Shown here in pieces: positions 51,731 through 61,369 of a DNA stretch of 64,000 nucleotides. Source of the stretch: Escherichia coli. Its GTDB lineage: Bacteria > Pseudomonadota > Gammaproteobacteria > Enterobacterales > Enterobacteriaceae. The notes under the pieces are model-generated. The model ran no database searches and was not told where the DNA came from. It worked only from the letters and a program-made list of their open reading frames with translations. The stretch lies in NCBI RefSeq assembly GCF_024700885.2, contig NZ_CP117016.1, one strand, 5' to 3'. Position 1 is the first letter of the stretch. Each line of letters opens with the position of its first letter. Made by a program: the position numbers and the translations under genes.

Positions 51731-54700
51731 TTTGGGGATTGATGCGGCAGAGTTTAAAAATGAAATTCCCCGTATCAAAAACCTTCTGAATGGTGCAGCC
51801 AGCGATGCAGAACGGTCTTCTGCCCGTATGCAGCGTTTTATGGAGCGTCAGACTCAGGCCGCCCGGCAGACAATGCAGGCGGCTTCTTCGGCTGCAACAG
51901 CCGCATCCGTCCATGCGCAGACGGTGGAGAAGAGCGCACAGGCTCATGAACGCATGGCCCGCGAGGTGGAGCAAACCCGCCAGCGTATGGAGGCACTGAG
52001 CCAGAAAATGCGCGAGGAACAGGCGCAGGCCATGGCTCTGGCGGAGGCTCAGGATAAAGCGGCTGCCGCGTTTTATCGTCAGATTGACAGTGTGAAACAG
52101 GCCAGTGCGGGGCTGCAGGAATTACAGCGTATTCAGCAGCAGATCCGACAGGCCAGAAACAGTGGCGGGATTGGTCAGCAGGATTATCTGGCGCTGATTT
52201 CTGAGGTTACGGCGAAAACCCGTGTTCTTACGCAGGCTGAGGCAGAGGCTACCCGACAGAAAGTGGCGTTTATCCGTCAGCTTAAAGAGCAGGCAACCCG
52301 CCAGAATCTTTCTTCTTCTGAGTTGCTTCGTGCTAAGGCTGCCCAGCTGGGGGTAAGCAGTGCTGCAGAAGTGTATATCCGCAAAATGGAGCAGGCAGGA
52401 AAAGCCACACATTCGCTGGGTCTGAAAAGTGCAGCGGCCCGCCAGGAGATAGGCGTTCTGATAGGTGAACTGGCTCGCGGCAATTTAGGTGCGCTGAGGG
52501 GATCCGGGATAACGCTGGCTAACCGTGCCGGATGGATAGACACACTGATGTCACCGAAAGGCATGATGCTGGGCGGGGTTATTGGCGGTATTGCCGCGGC
52601 CGTCTATGGTCTGGGTAAAGCCTGGTATGATGGTCAGAAGGAGGGGGAAGAATTTAACCGCCAGTTGTCGCTGACGGGGCATTATGCCGGAGTCACTGCC
52701 GGGCAGCTGTGGACGCTCAGTCGTGCTATTTCCGGGAATGGTATTACGCAACATGCTGCAGCCGGTGCGCTGGCTCAGGTGGTGGGGAGTGGTGCATTTC
52801 GTGGAAACGATATCGGTATGGTGGCGAGAGCTGCCGCACAGATGGAGCGATCGGTTGGCCAGTCGGTCAGCGATACCATAAATCAGTTTAAGCGGCTGAA
52901 GGATGATCCTGTAAATGCCGCGAAGGCTCTGGACAATGAGCTGCATTTTCTTACTGCCACTCAGCTTGAGCAGATACGCGTCCTTGGGGAACAGGGGCGG
53001 TCCAGTGATGCGGCACGGATAGCCATGTCTGCACTGGCAGAGGAAACCGGTCGGCGTACTGCGGATATTGATAATAACCTCAATGCGCTGGGCAGTACGC
53101 TGAAGTATCTGTCTGATTTATGGAGTCGTTTCTGGGATGCGGCCATGAATATTGGTCGTGAAGACTCGCTGGATGAACAGATTGCCGCTTTACAGGAGAA
53201 AGTGTCGCGGGCGAAAAGACTCCCCTGGACGGCATCATCTTCTCAGGTTGAATACGATCAGCAGCGTCTTAACGATCTTCAGGAGAAAAAACGCCAGAAG
53301 GATTTGCAGGATGCAAAAGAGCAGGCAGAGCGGAATTATCAGGAGCAACAGAAACGCCGTAATGCTGAAAATGCTGCACTGAACCGGATGAATGAAACGG
53401 AAGCAGCACGACATCAGCGTGAAATTGCGCGTATTAATGCCATGCAGTACGCCGATCAGGCTGTCAGGGATGCGGCGATACAACGTGAAAATGAACGTTA
53501 CGAGAAAGCCCTGGCATCCGGTAAGAAAAAAACACGCGAACCCCGTAATGATGAGGCCACCCGGTTATTGCTGCAGTACAGTCAGCAACAGGCACAGGTG
53601 GAAGGACAGATTGCTGCTGCCAGACAGTCAGCAGGCATTGCCACGGAAAGGATGACAGAAGCGCATAAACAGCTTCTGGCTCTGCAGCAGCGCATCAGCG
53701 ACCTGGACGGGAAAAAACTGACGGCAGATGAAAAGAGTGTGCTGGCCCGTAAAGATGAACTGATTCAGGCACTGACGCTGCTGGATGTAAAACAGCAGGA
53801 GCTTCAGAAACAGACGGCACTCAACGAGCTGAAGAAAAAAACAATTCAGCTGACCAGTCAACTGGCTGAAGAAGAGCGCGCTCAGCGTCAGCAACATGAC
53901 CTGGATATCGCCACGGTGGGTATGGGTGATCAGCAGCGGCAGCGATATCAGGTACAACTGAGTCTTCGCCAGAAATACCAGCAACAGCTGGAGCAGTTGA
54001 GGCGGGATAGTGAGCAGAAAGGAACATATAACACGGATGACTACAGAAAGGCCGAGCAGGCGCTGACGGAGAGCCTGAACCGACAACTGAATGAGAATCG
54101 CCGTTACTGGCAACAGCTTGAAGTTGTGCAGGGTAACTGGAAAAACGGAGTCCTGCGTGCATTTCAGGATTTTACCGTGGATGCAGATAATACGGCAGGA
54201 ACAGCAGAACAGGTGTTCTCGTCAGCCTTCAGCAACATGGGAAATGGCCTGGCAACTTTTGTCACTACCGGCAAACTCAATTTCAAATCCTTCACCTCTT
54301 CTGTGCTGTCAGATATGGCGAAAATCCTGGCGCAGGCAACCATGATGAAATCGATAAAAGGGATTGGCAGTGTACTGGGATTTGATCTCAGCAGCCTTTC
54401 CCTGAATGCCAATGGGGGGATTTATCAGTCTGCTGATTTGAGTCGTTACAGTGGCACGGTGGTTAACCGTCCGACGTTTTTTGCTTTTGCAAAAGGCGCG
54501 GGTGTGATGGGGGAAGCTGGACCTGAAGCCATTCTGCCACTGCGTCGTGATGCTGACGGTAAGCTGGGGGTTGTGGCGGATATTGGTGGTTCAGGTATGG
54601 CGATGTTTGCCCCGCAGTACAACATAGAGATCAATAACGATGGCACGAACGGGCAGATAGGTCCGGCTGCCCTGAAGGTGGTTTATGACCTCGGGAAAAA

Positions 54701-54767
54701 AGCAGCAGCGGACTTTATGCAACAGCAGGCCCGTGATGGTGGTCGGTTAAGTGGAGCATATCGGTAA
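51702..54767 (+). CDS. tail tape-measure protein (lambda H-like)
   Basis: ~1021-aa ORF from ATG 51702 (GGAGGT RBS); long coiled-coil-rich central region and Gly-rich hydrophobic segment. Confidence 0.9.
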   Translation: MDQIANLVIDLGIDAAEFKNEIPRIKNLLNGAASDAERSSARMQRFMERQTQAARQTMQAASSAATAASVHAQTVEKSAQAHERMAREVEQTRQRMEALSQKMREEQAQAMALAEAQDKAAAAFYRQIDSVKQASAGLQELQRIQQQIRQARNSGGIGQQDYLALISEVTAKTRVLTQAEAEATRQKVAFIRQLKEQATRQNLSSSELLRAKAAQLGVSSAAEVYIRKMEQAGKATHSLGLKSAAARQEIGVLIGELARGNLGALRGSGITLANRAGWIDTLMSPKGMMLGGVIGGIAAAVYGLGKAWYDGQKEGEEFNRQLSLTGHYAGVTAGQLWTLSRAISGNGITQHAAAGALAQVVGSGAFRGNDIGMVARAAAQMERSVGQSVSDTINQFKRLKDDPVNAAKALDNELHFLTATQLEQIRVLGEQGRSSDAARIAMSALAEETGRRTADIDNNLNALGSTLKYLSDLWSRFWDAAMNIGREDSLDEQIAALQEKVSRAKRLPWTASSSQVEYDQQRLNDLQEKKRQKDLQDAKEQAERNYQEQQKRRNAENAALNRMNETEAARHQREIARINAMQYADQAVRDAAIQRENERYEKALASGKKKTREPRNDEATRLLLQYSQQQAQVEGQIAAARQSAGIATERMTEAHKQLLALQQRISDLDGKKLTADEKSVLARKDELIQALTLLDVKQQELQKQTALNELKKKTIQLTSQLAEEERAQRQQHDLDIATVGMGDQQRQRYQVQLSLRQKYQQQLEQLRRDSEQKGTYNTDDYRKAEQALTESLNRQLNENRRYWQQLEVVQGNWKNGVLRAFQDFTVDADNTAGTAEQVFSSAFSNMGNGLATFVTTGKLNFKSFTSSVLSDMAKILAQATMMKSIKGIGSVLGFDLSSLSLNANGGIYQSADLSRYSGTVVNRPTFFAFAKGAGVMGEAGPEAILPLRRDADGKLGVVADIGGSGMAMFAPQYNIEINNDGTNGQIGPAALKVVYDLGKKAAADFMQQQARDGGRLSGAYR

Positions 54768-55096
54768 TGGAGACGTTTCACTGGAAAGTGCGCCCGGATA
54801 TGAATGTGGTATCAGAGCCGAAAGTGGTGACAGTGAAGCTGGGCGATGGTTATGAACAGCGTCGTGCGGCGGGACTGAATAACCAGTTGTCGACTTACAG
54901 CGTGACGATACGTGTTCGTAAATGTGAACACCCATCTTTAAAAGCCTTTCTGGAACGGCACAGTGGCGTCCGCGCATTTCAGTGGACGCCACCTTATGAC
55001 TGGAAGCCGATCAGGGTGGTTTGTCGTAAATGGTCGGCAAGCGTGGGGGCGCTGTGGGTAACCATAACGGCAGATTTTGAACAGGTCGTGGCATAG
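54767..55096 (+). CDS. minor tail protein (lambda M-like)
   Basis: 109-aa ORF, the length of lambda gpM, in the M-L-K-I order. Confidence 0.8.
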   Translation: METFHWKVRPDMNVVSEPKVVTVKLGDGYEQRRAAGLNNQLSTYSVTIRVRKCEHPSLKAFLERHSGVRAFQWTPPYDWKPIRVVCRKWSASVGALWVTITADFEQVVA

Positions 55097-55105
55097 GAGG
55101 CCCTG

Positions 55106-55804
55106 ATGCAGGATATTCCACAGGAAACACATCATGAGACGACACGCCTCACTCAGTCAGCCCAGGTGGTGCTCTGGGAAATCGATCTGACAGAGGTCGG
55201 TGGTGAACGTTATTTTTTCTGTAATGAGCAGAACGAAAAAGGTGAGCCGGTCACCTGGCAGGGGCGGCAGTATCAGGCATACCCCATTCAGGGGACAGGA
55301 TTTGAACTGAACGGCAAGGGCAGTGCTGCCCGTCCGACACTGACGGTTTCTAACCTGCACGGTATGGTCACCGGTATGGCGGAAGATCTGCAGAGTCTGG
55401 TCGGCGGAACGGTGGTCCGGCGTAAGGTTTACGCCCGTTTTCTGGATGCGGTGAACTTCGTCAACGGAAACAGTGATGCCGACCCGGAGCAGGAGGTGAT
55501 CAGCAGCTGGCGCATCGAGCAGTGCAGTGAACTGAGTGCGGTCAGTGCTTCTTTTGTACTGTCCACGCCGACGGAAACGGATGGCGCTGTTTTTCCGGGG
55601 CGTATCATGCTGGCCAACACCTGCACCTGGACCTATCGCGGTGATGAGTGCGGTTATAACGGTCCGGCTGTCGCGGATGAATATGACCAGCCGACGTCCG
55701 ATATCACGAAGGATAAATGCAGCAAATGCCTGAGCGGCTGTAAGTTTCGCAATAACGTCGGCAACTTTGGCGGTTACCTTTCCATTAACAAACTTTCGCA
55801 GTAA
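55106..55804 (+). CDS. minor tail protein (lambda L-like)
   Basis: 232-aa ORF, the length of lambda gpL; C-terminal Cys cluster (CGYNG...CSKCLSGC). Confidence 0.8.
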   Translation: MQDIPQETHHETTRLTQSAQVVLWEIDLTEVGGERYFFCNEQNEKGEPVTWQGRQYQAYPIQGTGFELNGKGSAARPTLTVSNLHGMVTGMAEDLQSLVGGTVVRRKVYARFLDAVNFVNGNSDADPEQEVISSWRIEQCSELSAVSASFVLSTPTETDGAVFPGRIMLANTCTWTYRGDECGYNGPAVADEYDQPTSDITKDKCSKCLSGCKFRNNVGNFGGYLSINKLSQ

Positions 55805-55809
55805 ATCCC

Positions 55810-56553
55810 ATGACAGAGACAGAATCAGCGATTCTGGCGCACGCCCGGCGATGTGCGCCAGCGGAGTCGTGCGGCTTCGTGGTGAGAACGCCGGAGGGAG
55901 AAAGATATTTTCCCTGCGTGAATATCTCCGGTGAGCCGGAGGCGTATTTCCGGATGGCTCCGGAGGACTGGCTGCGGGCAGAAATGCAGGGTGAGATTGT
56001 GGCGCTGGTCCACAGTCACCCCGGTGGTCTGCCCTGGCTGAGTGAGGCCGATCGGCGGCTGCAGGTGCAGAGTGATTTGCCGTGGTGGCTGGTCTGCCGC
56101 GGGGCGATTCACAAGTTCCGCTGTGTGCCACATCTTACCGGGCGGCGCTTTGAGCACGGGGTGACGGACTGTTACACGCTGTTCCGGGATGCATACCATC
56201 TGGCGGGAATTGAGATGCCGGATTTTCATCGCGGAGATGACTGGTGGCGTAACGGCCAGAATCTCTATCTTGACAATATGGAGGCGACTGGTTTTTACCG
56301 TGTCGCACTGACAGAGGCGCAGCCGGGCGATGTGCTGCTGTGCTGTTTTGGTTCATCGGTGCCGAATCATGCCGCCATTTACTGTGGTGATGGCGAGCTG
56401 CTGCACCATATTCCTGAACAACTGAGCAAACGAGAGAGGTATACCGACAAATGGCAGCGACGCACACACTCCCTCTGGCGTCACCGGGCATGGCACGCAT
56501 CTGCCTTTACGGGGATTTACAACGATTTGGCCGCCGCATCGACCTTCGTGTGA
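55810..56553 (+). CDS. tail tip assembly protein (lambda K-like; JAB/MPN plus NlpC/P60 domains)
   Basis: 247-aa ORF; JAMM motif HSHPGG and an NlpC/P60-like Cys/His region (GVTDCYTLF...HAAIY). Confidence 0.85.
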   Translation: MTETESAILAHARRCAPAESCGFVVRTPEGERYFPCVNISGEPEAYFRMAPEDWLRAEMQGEIVALVHSHPGGLPWLSEADRRLQVQSDLPWWLVCRGAIHKFRCVPHLTGRRFEHGVTDCYTLFRDAYHLAGIEMPDFHRGDDWWRNGQNLYLDNMEATGFYRVALTEAQPGDVLLCCFGSSVPNHAAIYCGDGELLHHIPEQLSKRERYTDKWQRRTHSLWRHRAWHASAFTGIYNDLAAASTFV

Positions 56554-57098
56554 AAACGGGGGCTGAAGCCATCCGGGCGCTGGCCACGCAGCTTCCGTCG
56601 TTTCGCCAGAAACTGAATGAGGGCTGGTATCAGGTGCGCATTGCCGGGCGTGATGCAGGCGAAAATGAATTATCTGCCCGTCTTAATGAGCCGCTGGAAA
56701 ATGGTGCCGTGATTCACATCGTGCCGCGTATGGCGGGAGCTAAAAGTGGCGGTGTGTTTCAGGTGGTGCTGGGGGCGGCGCTGATTGCGGTGGCATGGTG
56801 GAACCCTGTGGGCTGGCTGGGTGCTGCGGCTGTATCGGGCATGTATGCGGCAGGGGCCAGTATGATTCTGGGTGGTGTGGCCCAGATGCTGGCACCGAAA
56901 GCCAGGACGCCCACGGCAGCCAGTACAGATAACGGCAAACAGAACACCTATTTCTCCTCACTGGATAACATGGTTGCTCAGGGCAATGTTCTGCCTGTTC
57001 TGTACGGTGAAATGCGTGTGGGGTCGCGGGTGGTTTCTCAGGAGATCAGCACGGCAGACGAAGGTGACGGTGGTCAGGTTGTGGTGATTGGTCGCTGA
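56451..57098 (+). CDS. tail assembly protein (lambda I-like)
   Basis: 215-aa ORF from ATG 56451 (GAGAGAGG RBS) overlapping the K 3' end; ubiquitin-like N-terminus and Gly/Ala-rich hydrophobic C-terminus. Confidence 0.75.
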   Translation: MAATHTLPLASPGMARICLYGDLQRFGRRIDLRVKTGAEAIRALATQLPSFRQKLNEGWYQVRIAGRDAGENELSARLNEPLENGAVIHIVPRMAGAKSGGVFQVVLGAALIAVAWWNPVGWLGAAAVSGMYAAGASMILGGVAQMLAPKARTPTAASTDNGKQNTYFSSLDNMVAQGNVLPVLYGEMRVGSRVVSQEISTADEGDGGQVVVIGR

Positions 57099-57158
57099 TG
57101 CAAAATGTTTTATGTGAAACCGCCTGCGGGCGGTTTTGTCGTTTATGGAGCATGACGA

Positions 57159-60100
57159 ATGGGTAAAGGCAGCAGTAAGGGGCATACCCCGCGCGAAGCG
57201 AAGGACAACCTGAAGTCCACGCAGTTGCTGAGTGTGATCGATGCCATCAGCGAAGGGCCGGTTGAAGGTCCGGTGGATGGGTTAAAAAGCGTGCTGCTGA
57301 ACAGTACGCCGGTGCTGGACAGTGAGGGGAATACCAATATCTCCGGTGTCACGGTGGTGTTCCGGGCAGGTGAGCAGGAGCAGACACCGCCGGAGGGGTT
57401 TGAATCCTCCGGTTCCGAGACGGTGCTGGGTACGGAAGTGAAATATGACACGCCGATCACCCGCACCATCACGTCGGCAAACATCGACCGTCTGCGCTTT
57501 ACTTTCGGCGTGCAGGCACTGGTGGAAACCACCTCAAAGGGTGACAGGAATCCGTCGGAAGTCCGTCTGCTGGTTCAGATACAACGTAACGGTGGCTGGG
57601 TGACGGAAAAAGACATCACCATTAAGGGCAAAACCACCTCGCAGTATCTGGCCTCGGTGGTGGTGGATAATCTGCCGCCGCGCCCGTTTAATATCCGGAT
57701 GCGCAGGATGACGCCGGACAGCACCACAGACCAGCTGCAGAACAAAACGCTCTGGTCGTCATACACCGAAATCATCGATGTGAAACAGTGCTACCCGAAC
57801 ACGGCACTGGTCGGCGTGCAGGTGGATTCGGAGCAGTTCGGCAGCCAGCAGGTGAGCCGTAATTATCATCTTCGCGGGCGCATTCTGCAGGTGCCGTCGA
57901 ATTATAACCCGCAGACGCGGCAATACAGCGGTATCTGGGACGGAACGTTAAAACCGGCATACAGCAACAACATGGCCTGGTGTCTGTGGGATATGCTGAC
58001 CCACCCGCGCTACGGCATGGGGAAACGTCTTGGTGCGGCAGATGTGGATAAATGGGCGCTGTATGTCATCGGCCAGAATTGCGACCAGTCAGTGCCGGAC
58101 GGCTTTGGCGGCACGGAGCCGCGCATCACCTGTAATGCGTACCTGACCACACAGCGCAAGGCGTGGGATGTGCTCAGTGATTTCTGCTCGGCGATGCGCT
58201 GTATGCCGGTATGGAACGGGCAGACGCTGACGTTCGTGCAGGACCGACCGTCGGATAAGGTGTGGACCTATAACCGCAGTAATGTGGTGATGCCGGATGA
58301 TGGCGCGCCGTTCCGCTACAGCTTCAGCGCCCTGAAGGACCGCCATAATGCCGTTGAGGTGAACTGGATTGACCCGAACAACGGCTGGGAGACGGCGACA
58401 GAGCTTGTTGAAGATACGCAGGCCATTGCCCGTTACGGTCGTAACGTCACGAAGATGGATGCCTTTGGCTGTACCAGCCGGGGGCAGGCGCACCGCGCCG
58501 GGCTGTGGCTGATTAAAACGGAACTGCTGGAAACGCAGACCGTGGACTTCAGCGTGGGTGCGGAAGGGCTTCGCCATGTACCGGGGGATGTCATTGAAAT
58601 CTGCGATGATGACTATGCGGGTATCAGCATCGGCGGGCGCGTGCTGGCGGTGAACAGCCAGACCCGGACGCTGACGCTCGACCGTGAAATCACGCTGCCA
58701 TCCTCCGGTACCACGCTGATAAGCCTGGTTGACGGAAGTGGCAATCCGGTCAGCGTGGAGGTCCAGTCCGTCACCGACGGCGTGAAGGTAAAAGTGAGCC
58801 GTGTTCCTGACGGCGTTGCCGGATACAGCGTGTGGGGGCTGAAGCTGCCGACGCTGCGCCAGCGCCTGTTCCGCTGCGTGAGTATCCGTGAGAACGATGA
58901 CGGCACGTATGCCATCACCGCCGTGCAGCATGTACCGGAAAAAGAGGCCATCGTGGATAACGGGGCGCACTTTGACGGCGACCAGAGCGGCACGGTGAAT
59001 GGTGTCACGCCGCCAGCAGTGCAGCATCTGACCGCCGAAGTCACTGCAGACAGCGGGGAATATCAGGTGCTGGCGCGATGGGACACGCCGAAGGTGGTGA
59101 AGGGCGTGAGCTTCCTGCTTCGCCTGACCGTGGCAGCGGATGACGGCAGTGAGCGGCTGGTCAGCACGGCCCGGACGGCGGAAACCACATACCGCTTCAC
59201 GCAACTGGCGCTGGGACGGTACACGCTGACAGTCCGGGCGGTAAATGCGTGGGGACAGCAGGGCGATCCGGCGTCGGTATCGTTCAGGATTGCCGCACCG
59301 GTAGCACCGTCGCGGATTGAGCTGACGCCGGGCTATTTTCAGATAACTGCCACGCCGCATCTTGCGGTTTATGATCCGACGGTACAGTTTGAGTTCTGGT
59401 TCTCGGAAAAGCGGATTGCGGATATCAGGCAGGTTGAAACCACAGCCCGCTATCTTGGCACGGCGCTGTACTGGATAGCTGCCAGTATCAATATCAAACC
59501 GGGCCATGATTATTATTTTTACATCCGCAGTGTGAACACCGTTGGCAAATCGGCATTTGTGGAGGCTGTTGGCCAGCCGAGTGATGATGCATCCGGCTAT
59601 CTGGATTTTTTCAAAGGCGAGATAGGGAAAAGCCATCTGGCTCAGGAGCTGTGGACGCAGATTGATAACGGTCAGCTTGCGCCTGACCTGGCTGAAATCA
59701 GGACGTCCATTACGGATGTCAGCAATGAAATCACGCAGACCGTCAATAAGAAACTGGAAGACCAGAGTGCGGCAATTCAGCAGATACAGAAGGTTCAGGT
59801 TGATACAAATAATAACCTGAACAGCATGTGGGCTGTGAAGCTGCAGCAGATGCAGGACGGACGCCTTTATATCGCGGGTATTGGTGCCGGTATTGAGAAC
59901 ACCCCTGACGGCATGCAGAGTCAGGTGCTGCTGGCGGCGGACAGGATTGCGATGGTTAATCCTGCGAATGGCAACACAAAGCCGATGTTTGTTGGTCAGG
60001 GCGATCAGATATTCATGAACGAAGTGTTCCTGAAATATCTGACGGCTCCCACCATTACCAGCGGCGGTAATCCTCCGGCATTTTCCCTGACACCGGACGG

Positions 60101-60638
60101 GCGGCTGACGGCGAAAAATGCCGATATCAGCGGTAGCGTGAATGCGAACTCCGGGACGCTCAACAACGTCACGATTAACGAGAACTGTCGGGTTCTGGGA
60201 AAACTGTCCGCGAACCAGATTGAAGGCGATCTCGTTAAAACAGTGGGCAAAGCTTTCCCCCGGGACTCCCGTGCACCGGAGCGGTGGCCATCAGGGACCA
60301 TTACCGTCAGGGTTTATGACGATCAGCCGTTTGACCGGCAAATTGTTATTCCAGCGGTGGCTTTCAGCGGTGCCAGACATGAACGGGAGAATAGCGATAC
60401 TTATTCGTCATGCCGCCTGATAGTGAAGAAAAACGGGGCTGAAATTTATAACCGAACGGCTCTGGATAATACTCTGATTTACACGGGTGTTATTGATATG
60501 CCTGCAGGCAGTGGCGTAATGACACTGGAGTTTTCTGTATCAGCATGGTGGGTAAATGGCTGGTATCCCACAGCAAGTATCAGCGATTTGCTGGTTGTTG
60601 TGATGAAGAAAGCCACTGCAGGCATCACGATTAGCTGA
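57159..60638 (+). CDS. tail tip / host-specificity protein (lambda J-like)
   Basis: 1159-aa ORF, size and position of lambda J, with fibronectin-III-like central repeats. Confidence 0.9.
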   Translation: MGKGSSKGHTPREAKDNLKSTQLLSVIDAISEGPVEGPVDGLKSVLLNSTPVLDSEGNTNISGVTVVFRAGEQEQTPPEGFESSGSETVLGTEVKYDTPITRTITSANIDRLRFTFGVQALVETTSKGDRNPSEVRLLVQIQRNGGWVTEKDITIKGKTTSQYLASVVVDNLPPRPFNIRMRRMTPDSTTDQLQNKTLWSSYTEIIDVKQCYPNTALVGVQVDSEQFGSQQVSRNYHLRGRILQVPSNYNPQTRQYSGIWDGTLKPAYSNNMAWCLWDMLTHPRYGMGKRLGAADVDKWALYVIGQNCDQSVPDGFGGTEPRITCNAYLTTQRKAWDVLSDFCSAMRCMPVWNGQTLTFVQDRPSDKVWTYNRSNVVMPDDGAPFRYSFSALKDRHNAVEVNWIDPNNGWETATELVEDTQAIARYGRNVTKMDAFGCTSRGQAHRAGLWLIKTELLETQTVDFSVGAEGLRHVPGDVIEICDDDYAGISIGGRVLAVNSQTRTLTLDREITLPSSGTTLISLVDGSGNPVSVEVQSVTDGVKVKVSRVPDGVAGYSVWGLKLPTLRQRLFRCVSIRENDDGTYAITAVQHVPEKEAIVDNGAHFDGDQSGTVNGVTPPAVQHLTAEVTADSGEYQVLARWDTPKVVKGVSFLLRLTVAADDGSERLVSTARTAETTYRFTQLALGRYTLTVRAVNAWGQQGDPASVSFRIAAPVAPSRIELTPGYFQITATPHLAVYDPTVQFEFWFSEKRIADIRQVETTARYLGTALYWIAASINIKPGHDYYFYIRSVNTVGKSAFVEAVGQPSDDASGYLDFFKGEIGKSHLAQELWTQIDNGQLAPDLAEIRTSITDVSNEITQTVNKKLEDQSAAIQQIQKVQVDTNNNLNSMWAVKLQQMQDGRLYIAGIGAGIENTPDGMQSQVLLAADRIAMVNPANGNTKPMFVGQGDQIFMNEVFLKYLTAPTITSGGNPPAFSLTPDGRLTAKNADISGSVNANSGTLNNVTINENCRVLGKLSANQIEGDLVKTVGKAFPRDSRAPERWPSGTITVRVYDDQPFDRQIVIPAVAFSGARHERENSDTYSSCRLIVKKNGAEIYNRTALDNTLIYTGVIDMPAGSGVMTLEFSVSAWWVNGWYPTASISDLLVVVMKKATAGITIS

Positions 60639-60656
60639 ATTTTATAACCCAGATAC

Positions 60657-60682
60657 GGGCGCCAGAAATGGCGCCTTTTTTA
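60657..60682 (+). terminator. rho-independent terminator after J
   Basis: gggcgcc-agaaat-ggcgcc hairpin followed by T6. Confidence 0.6.
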
Positions 60683-60705
60683 TTGCAGAAAAGCGAGAGG
60701 TAATT

Positions 60706-61305
60706 ATGCGTAAATTATGTGCTGTTATTCTGTCCACAGTAGTCTGGCTGGTCGCCGCTGGTACGCCAGCGAGCGCAGCAGAGCATCAGTCCACACTAAG
60801 CGCCGGGTATCTTCAGACCCATACTGATATGCCCGGCAACGATGACCTGAAGGGCATTAACGTGAAATACCGTTATGAATTTACGGACACGCTGGGGCTG
60901 GTGACGTCATTCAGTTATGCCAATGCCAAAGATGAGCAAAAAACGCATTACAGCGATACCCGCTGGCATGAAGATTCAGTGCGTAACCGCTGGTTCAGCA
61001 TGATGGCGGGGCCGTCTGTACGCGTGAATGAATGGTTCAGTGCTTATGCGATGGCAGGTGTGGCTTACAGCCGTGTTTCGACTTTTTCCGGGGATTATCT
61101 CCGCGTAACTGACAGCAAGGGGAAAACGCACGATGTGCTGACCGGAAGTGATGACGGTCGCCACAGCAACACGTCTCTGGCGTGGGGGGCTGGCGTGCAG
61201 TTTAACCCGACCGAATCCGTGGCCATTGATATTGCTTATGAAGGCTCCGGCAGTGGTGACTGGCGCACTGACGGTTTCATCGTGGGTGTCGGTTATAAAT
61301 TCTGA
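60706..61305 (+). CDS. lom: Ail/Lom-family outer-membrane beta-barrel protein
   Basis: 199-aa ORF with signal peptide and the Lom-type C-terminus ...AYEGSGSGDWRTDGFIVGVGYKF. Confidence 0.85.
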   Translation: MRKLCAVILSTVVWLVAAGTPASAAEHQSTLSAGYLQTHTDMPGNDDLKGINVKYRYEFTDTLGLVTSFSYANAKDEQKTHYSDTRWHEDSVRNRWFSMMAGPSVRVNEWFSAYAMAGVAYSRVSTFSGDYLRVTDSKGKTHDVLTGSDDGRHSNTSLAWGAGVQFNPTESVAIDIAYEGSGSGDWRTDGFIVGVGYKF

Positions 61306-61331
61306 TTAGCCAGGTAACACAGTGTTATGAC

Positions 61332-61359
61332 AGCCCGCCGGTTCAGGCGGGCTTTTTTG
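61332..61359 (+). terminator. rho-independent terminator after lom
   Basis: agcccgcc-ggttca-ggcgggct hairpin followed by T6. Confidence 0.6.
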
Positions 61360-61369
61360 TGGAGTGGAT

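Noticed and set aside
58089-59636. 515-aa minus-strand ORF
   Set aside because: Entirely antisense within the J tail-tip gene; Arg-rich shadow frame.
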